Below are positions 58,991 to 64,000 of a stretch of DNA of 64,000 nucleotides, piece after piece. A program made the position numbers and the translations under genes. Origin of the DNA: Hyaloraphidium curvatum SAG 235-1 (Eukaryota > Fungi > Monoblepharomycota); contig JAIVFI010000007.1 in the NCBI GenBank assembly GCA_025558095.1, positions 744,001 through 808,000 of the forward strand, given 5' to 3'. The notes beneath the pieces were generated by a model. That model was not told the DNA's origin. It saw nothing but the letters and a program-made list of their open reading frames with translations, and made no database searches. Numbering within the stretch: the stretch's first letter is position 1; every line of letters begins with the position of its first letter.

Positions 58991-59534
58991 CTGAGATATT
59001 GACCGCAGTCGATGAAGCGCATGTCCACCCTGACCGTGTCCCGCTTGGTCGCCTCGGCCTCCCTCCGTCAGTCCACGAACTGCTGCGCGCGCCGCAGATC
59101 GTCCCTCATCTTTTCCGCCACGGTGCCGCACCGATCCCACTTGGGGCAGCTGGGGCAGCTCGTCTGCGCGCCTGTTTTTCTGTCCGGTACCAGCAGCCGC
59201 GAGATGAAAGTAACCTCCTTTTCGGTCATCGCGTCGAAGACAACGTGCTCCGCTTCGATCTCCACGAGGTCCTCCGCCATCGTGAGCTGGGTTGCTCCGG
59301 AACGCGTGTCCTTTTTCGAAACGGGGGGGAATCGAGCTCCGGGACGCGGCTGGGGCCCGGAACAAGCCTGAAAAAAGGAATTCAATAGAGGGAGGTGGTC
59401 GCGGCATATGCTTCGATGCCAGATGGTTTGTGATTCGGAGTGTCGGTCGAGCGCCCGCGCCTCGGCGTCGCGGGTAAAGTCACGCGAGCCCCGGGAGACG
59501 TTCACCCACCACTTCCTCGGTCGCCTCCGCCGCC

Positions 59535-60881
59535 ATGTCCCCCACCACCGGCCGCAAATGGATCCTCAAGGCGCGCCCCGAGCCCGGACCGCTCGACCCG
59601 TCCAAGGTCTTCGAGCTCAAGGAGGAGCCGCTCCCCCCGCTGGGCGAGGGCGACGTGCTGCTCAAGAACATCTGCTTCTCGATCGACCCGACGTTCCGGA
59701 TCTGGATGACCGGTGACGGTTACATGCCGTGGGTTGCCACGTCTCGTACCGGGAGCGCGATGCGGGGCTGACGCGACGGGACAGCGCGGTGCCGCTCGGC
59801 GACCCCATGCGCGGCGCGTCGGTGGCCGAGGTGCTCGAGAGCAAGAGCCCCAAGTACCAGAAGGGCGACCGCGTGTGGGCGTTCGTGGGGTGGCAAGACG
59901 CGTTCGTGTCCAAGGACAACAACTGGCAGCTGTTCACCAAGATCGAGTGGGTCGCTTGCCCGCTACCGGGTGCTCGGAATGCCGTCTGATGATGGGAATG
60001 CCGTGCCAGCCCCTCGGTCAGCCCGGCGGACTTCCTCACCATGGCCCCGTCCGGCACCGGCGCCACCGCCATGGTCTGGCCCCTCCCTCCCCCTTTCGCG
60101 GCGTCCGCTCACCCCCGCCCACTCCGCAGCGCGGGATCTTCGACGTCGGCGCGGCCAAGTTCGAGCCCGGCGCCACCGTCCTCGTCTCGGGCGCCGCGGG
60201 CTCCACCGGCTCCTTCGCCGTGCAGATCTACAAGTCCCTGGGGTGCCGCGTTGTGGGCACCGCCGGCGGGGCGGCCAAGTGCGCCTTCGTCAAGGAGAAG
60301 CTGGGGGCGGACGAGTGCGTGGACTACAAGGACCCGGCGTTCGCGGACAAGCTCAAGGCCGCGTGTCCCAAGGGGATCGTGGAGTACTTTGACAACGGTG
60401 GGCCTGGCCGGACGGAGGTCGAGTGCCGTGGTGACTGACCGCGCCTCCCTCTTGCCCTCTGGTCCACAGTCGGCGGGCAGACCCTTGAGCTGGCATTGGA
60501 CCTGATCACCAACTTCGGGCGCATCATCTACTGCGGCAACATCTCCCAGTGTTGGTACACACGACCTCGTGGGCCCGCGGGCTGCCATCCTGAACCCCTT
60601 CCCGCAACGCAGACGAATCCGGCGACCCGTCGCAGCTCCCGGGCCCCAAGAACTACTCCCAGATCCTCATGAAGCGCCTCCGCGTCGAGGGCTTCATCGT
60701 CAGCGACAAGCCCGAGAACACGCAGAAGTACTCGGCGGAGCTGCTCAAGATGAAGGCCGCGGGCAAGCTCGTGGCCGAGATCGACGACTCGCGGAGCGGC
60801 TTCGAGAACCTGCCCAAGGCGGTGCAGGACATGTTCGAGGGGAAGAACACGGGGAAAATGGTCGTCAACAACAAGCTGTGA
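59535..60881 (+). CDS. Second NADP-dependent alkenal / prostaglandin reductase (PTGR-like), multi-exon
   Basis: SIDPTFRIWM, VSGAAGSTG, CPKGIVEYFDNVGG, KRLRVEGFIV and GKNTGKMVV motifs. Confidence 0.92.
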
Positions 60882-61139
60882 AGGGTTGGGGTGGGGGCAA
60901 GTTGTTGCGAACCGGGGGGGGGTTGGCGCACCGGGCCCGAAGGCGACGGATGGGGAAAACCGCCACAGCGGACAATAGCGGACCAGAAGACAATTAAATC
61001 CGCGCCGTCCGATGGTCGGATCCGGATCAGCGTCCTTCGGCTCAATATTGGGCCGTCTCCAGAACTGGCGCCCAGAATGGCGAAGTGGCTGACAAAGAGT
61101 CAACGCTCCGTTGCCACTCCACTCCGCCACCGAAAACAC

Positions 61140-64000
61140 ATGCTCCGACGGCCCCTCCCGGCGGCCATGGGGCCCGGCGCCCGCCTCGCGCGGGCGCTTC
61201 CGCCCCTCGGCGCCCTGTCGTCCCCCGCGCTGCCGCCGCCGGCGCTGCCCGGGCCTGTTTTGCGGAGGTGCGCTCGGCCGCTCCGCTCTAAAATCACTCG
61301 CTCACACCGCACGGCAGGGCGGCGCTGCTCCGTTTGCAGCCGCCGATCGGCAATGCGGGGCGTCCGCGGTGCTGCGCCACGTGCGTCGGTGGGCCGCACG
61401 GCGCTGCGGCCGGGGGGCCGGGCCACCACGGCCACCCCGCCGGGGCGCACCCGCCCGGGCACTCGCACGGCCACGCGACCGCCGCCGGCCAGTCGCCGAT
61501 CGCCGCCGCCGTCGCCTCGGCCGCGGAGCTGCTGCCGCACCAGGGCATCCTCGAGAACTTTGTCCACCACAACCCGCTGCACGCGCTCGAGAACATGACC
61601 TTCCAGGGCGCGATCGACAGGGTGCTTGAGCTGCAGTCGTACCGTTCGCCGGGCAAGCGAGTGGAGCTGCTCGCCGACGTCGACCCGCGCAAGCGGGCCT
61701 CGGAGGCGCTGGCGGATCTGTGCTCGGCCTTCCTGGACCGCGGTGCCGCGAAATGGGTGCCCAAGTTCCGCGACCGCGGCTTCCTCCACTTCTTCGCGCG
61801 GCTCGAGGACCTGGGCCCGCGGGCGCCCTGGCGCGCCCACGCCCGCGAGCTCGCCGAGAAGATCCTGGCCGCGCGGATCGGGGAGGACGGCGACGGCGCG
61901 GCTGCCGTGCGGTTCGCCGAGGCCATCGTCGAGGAGAACCTGGCCTTCTTCGGGATCCCGTCACAGGACACGCACCGCGCCGTGCTGGCCATGCTCATGG
62001 ACCTGCCCGGCTGGTCCGGCATGTTCCACCGGATGGAGACACACCCCTCCGAGGCGCCCGCCGGCACCAGGGTGATCTTCATGGAGTACGTCGCCGTCCA
62101 GTCGATCATGCAGCGCTCGTCGATGGAGGCTCTAGCCCGGCACTCGGGCTGGAACCCCGATTGGCAGCCCTTCGGGGAGTGGCTCGCCCAGGCCGACCCC
62201 ATCCGGCCCAAGAAGCAGCTCAACTCGGTGCAGCACGCCAGCGCGGTGGCATACCTCGACCAGAGCTCGGAGCGGCGCGAGGCGCTCGAGAACGAGATCG
62301 AGACGTCGCTGCTCCAGGCCATCGGCAGCAAGGGGCTGCCCCCGGCGCTGCCCTACGGTCCCGCCGCGGCCGCTGCTGCCGCCACCGACTCTGCCGCCTC
62401 GAACCCCCCCCTCGCCGCCGCCTCCCCCGCTACCGCCTCTGCCGCCGCCCCACTCCCCCGCCCCAAGCTCCAGATGTACACCTGCATCGACGACCGGGAA
62501 TGCTCCCTCCGCCGGCACGTCGAGGCCGAGGACCCCGGCGCGATCCAGACCTTCGGCGTTGCCGGCTTCTTCGGCGTTCCCATCCGGTACCGCCCCGCCG
62601 ACGGCCGCGACGAGATGGTGCTCGCCCCCGAGGGCCAGAACCCCAACGCGGAGCTGGTCGAGGGCGAGGAGCGCAGCCACGAGGGCGAGGTGCGCGCGTA
62701 CAACCGCAGGCGCAGGGTGGTGGCCTGGTTCGCGCAGGCGTGGGAGCGCATGTCCTTCTCGCCGTCGGGGTCGCTGGTGCTCTCGGCGTTCGCGCCCTTC
62801 TCGCTGGCCAGGCTGGTGCTGACGGGCTACTCGCCCGACACCAAGCAGAAGGTCCGCGATTGGTTCAACCGCACCTTTTTGCCCAAGCCGCATACGGACT
62901 TTGACCTGCCCTTCACCGCGGACCGCGCCGCCGCGCTGCTCGCGCGCACCTTCAAGAGCATGGGCGCCGACCGCCGCTGGGCTCCGCTGGTGCTGGTCCT
63001 CGGCCACGGCGCCTCGTCGGTCAACAACCCCTACGCGGCGGCGTACAACTGCGGCGCGTGCGGCGGGCGCGAGGGCGGGCCCAACGCGAGGGTGTTTGCC
63101 CGCATGGCCAACGACCCCGCGGTGCGGGCGCACCTCAGGGACGCGCACGGGATCCCGGTGCCGGACGACACGGTGTTCGTCGGCGGGGCGCACAACACGA
63201 CGGTGGACACGGTCGAGTACTTCGACGAGGACGACATCCCCGCCTCGCACGCGGCCGCATTTGCCGAGGTCAAGGGGATCGTCGGCCGCGCGCTGGGCGA
63301 GAACGCGCTGGAGCGGTGCCACCGCTTCCTGCTGGCAAAGAACATCACCACGCCCGAGGCCGCCCTGCGGCACGTGTGGACCCGCTCGATCGACCCCGCG
63401 GAGGTGCGGCCCGAGCTCAACCATGCTTCCAACGCCGCGGTGGTGGTGGGGAGGAGGGACCTGACCAAGGGGAGCTTCTTTGACCGGCGCGTGTTCCTGC
63501 CTTCGTACGACCCCGGGGCGGATGACGCGGCGGGAACCAACCTCGAGGGCGTGCTCGCGCCGGCGCTGATCGTCTGCTCCGGGATCAACCTCGAGTACCT
63601 CTTCTCCACCATCTCGGCGGACCGGCACGGATCGGGCACCAAGACCCCGCTGAACGTGGTCGGCAACATCGCCGTGCTCCAGGGCACCTCGGGCGACCTC
63701 CGCACCGGCCTCCCCAGCCAGATGACCGAGATGCACGCGCCCGTGCGGGCCCTCTTCGTCGTGGACGCGCCGACGGCCCGGGTGGAGGCGGTCCTGGGGC
63801 GGCGCGAGGAGCTCCGCCGGCTGGTGCACAACGAGTGGGTGCGCCTCGTGGTCCGCGACCCCGACACGGGGGTGTTCTACCGGTACCACGATGGCGCCTA
63901 CTCCGAGGCCTCGGAGCACCTCGCCGCCCCTCCGGTGCCGCTGCGGACGCGGTACCAGATCCAGCGCGAGTACGGGCTCCGCGTCGCCCGCCGCGAGGCG
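61140..64000 (+). CDS. dabA: DabA (DUF2309/UPF0753) inorganic-carbon transporter catalytic subunit homolog with an N-terminal presequence; runs off the right edge
   Basis: Exon 61140-61267, 50-nt intron 61268-61317, then an open frame to 64000 (937 aa seen). Motifs: LPHQG..NFVHHNPLHALE, LPGWSG, CIDDRECSLRRHVE, TFGVAGFFG, GHGASSVNNPYAAAYNCGACGG, HNTT, EVRPEL, RVFLPSYDP, INLEYLFST, GSGTK, GDLRTGLPSQ, NEWV. Absent from the ORF track because there is no stop codon in the window. Confidence 0.93.

Noticed and set aside
59000-59280. Short minus-strand ORF MAEDLVEIE...CPSCPKW upstream of family member 8
   Set aside because: It has an in-frame stop and no recognisable family, so I cannot support it as a gene.
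62132-63919. 595-aa minus-strand ORF, and similar long antisense ORFs at 44359..46296, 25990..27639 and 17096..18379
   Set aside because: These are shadow ORFs caused by high GC3 on the opposite coding strand; they have no motifs of their own.

Overview
Eukaryotic, very GC-rich genomic DNA with compact genes and many short (about 50-80 nt) GT-AG introns carrying CTGAC/CTCAC branch points. The style suggests an early-diverging zoosporic fungus such as a monoblepharid (inference only). The supplied ORF track misses or fragments most real genes. About 40 genes and pseudogenes can be reconstructed. Metabolic enzymes: amidohydrolase, Zn-ADH, GFA, two sterol desaturases, FMO, flavin amine oxidase, two NADP-dependent alkenal reductases and an HSL esterase. 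Secreted and surface proteins: a 1443-aa double GH18 chitinase, a catalytically dead trypsin fused to a P-domain, a beta-propeller membrane protein and a head-to-head Cys-repeat pair. Nucleic-acid repair enzymes: AlkB and an Rnl2 RNA ligase. There is also a non-LTR retrotransposon relic and a large, intronless, rapidly decaying F-box/LRR-like family with 8 close paralogs at 41.9-59 kb. The standout is at the right edge (61140 to beyond 64000): a spliced gene for DabA (DUF2309/UPF0753), the Zn beta-carbonic-anhydrase-like subunit of the prokaryotic DAB/MpsAB inorganic-carbon pump. All four Zn ligands are intact, it has a mitochondrial-type presequence, and its frame is still open past the normal DabA end, so it may be fused to a DabB membrane subunit.
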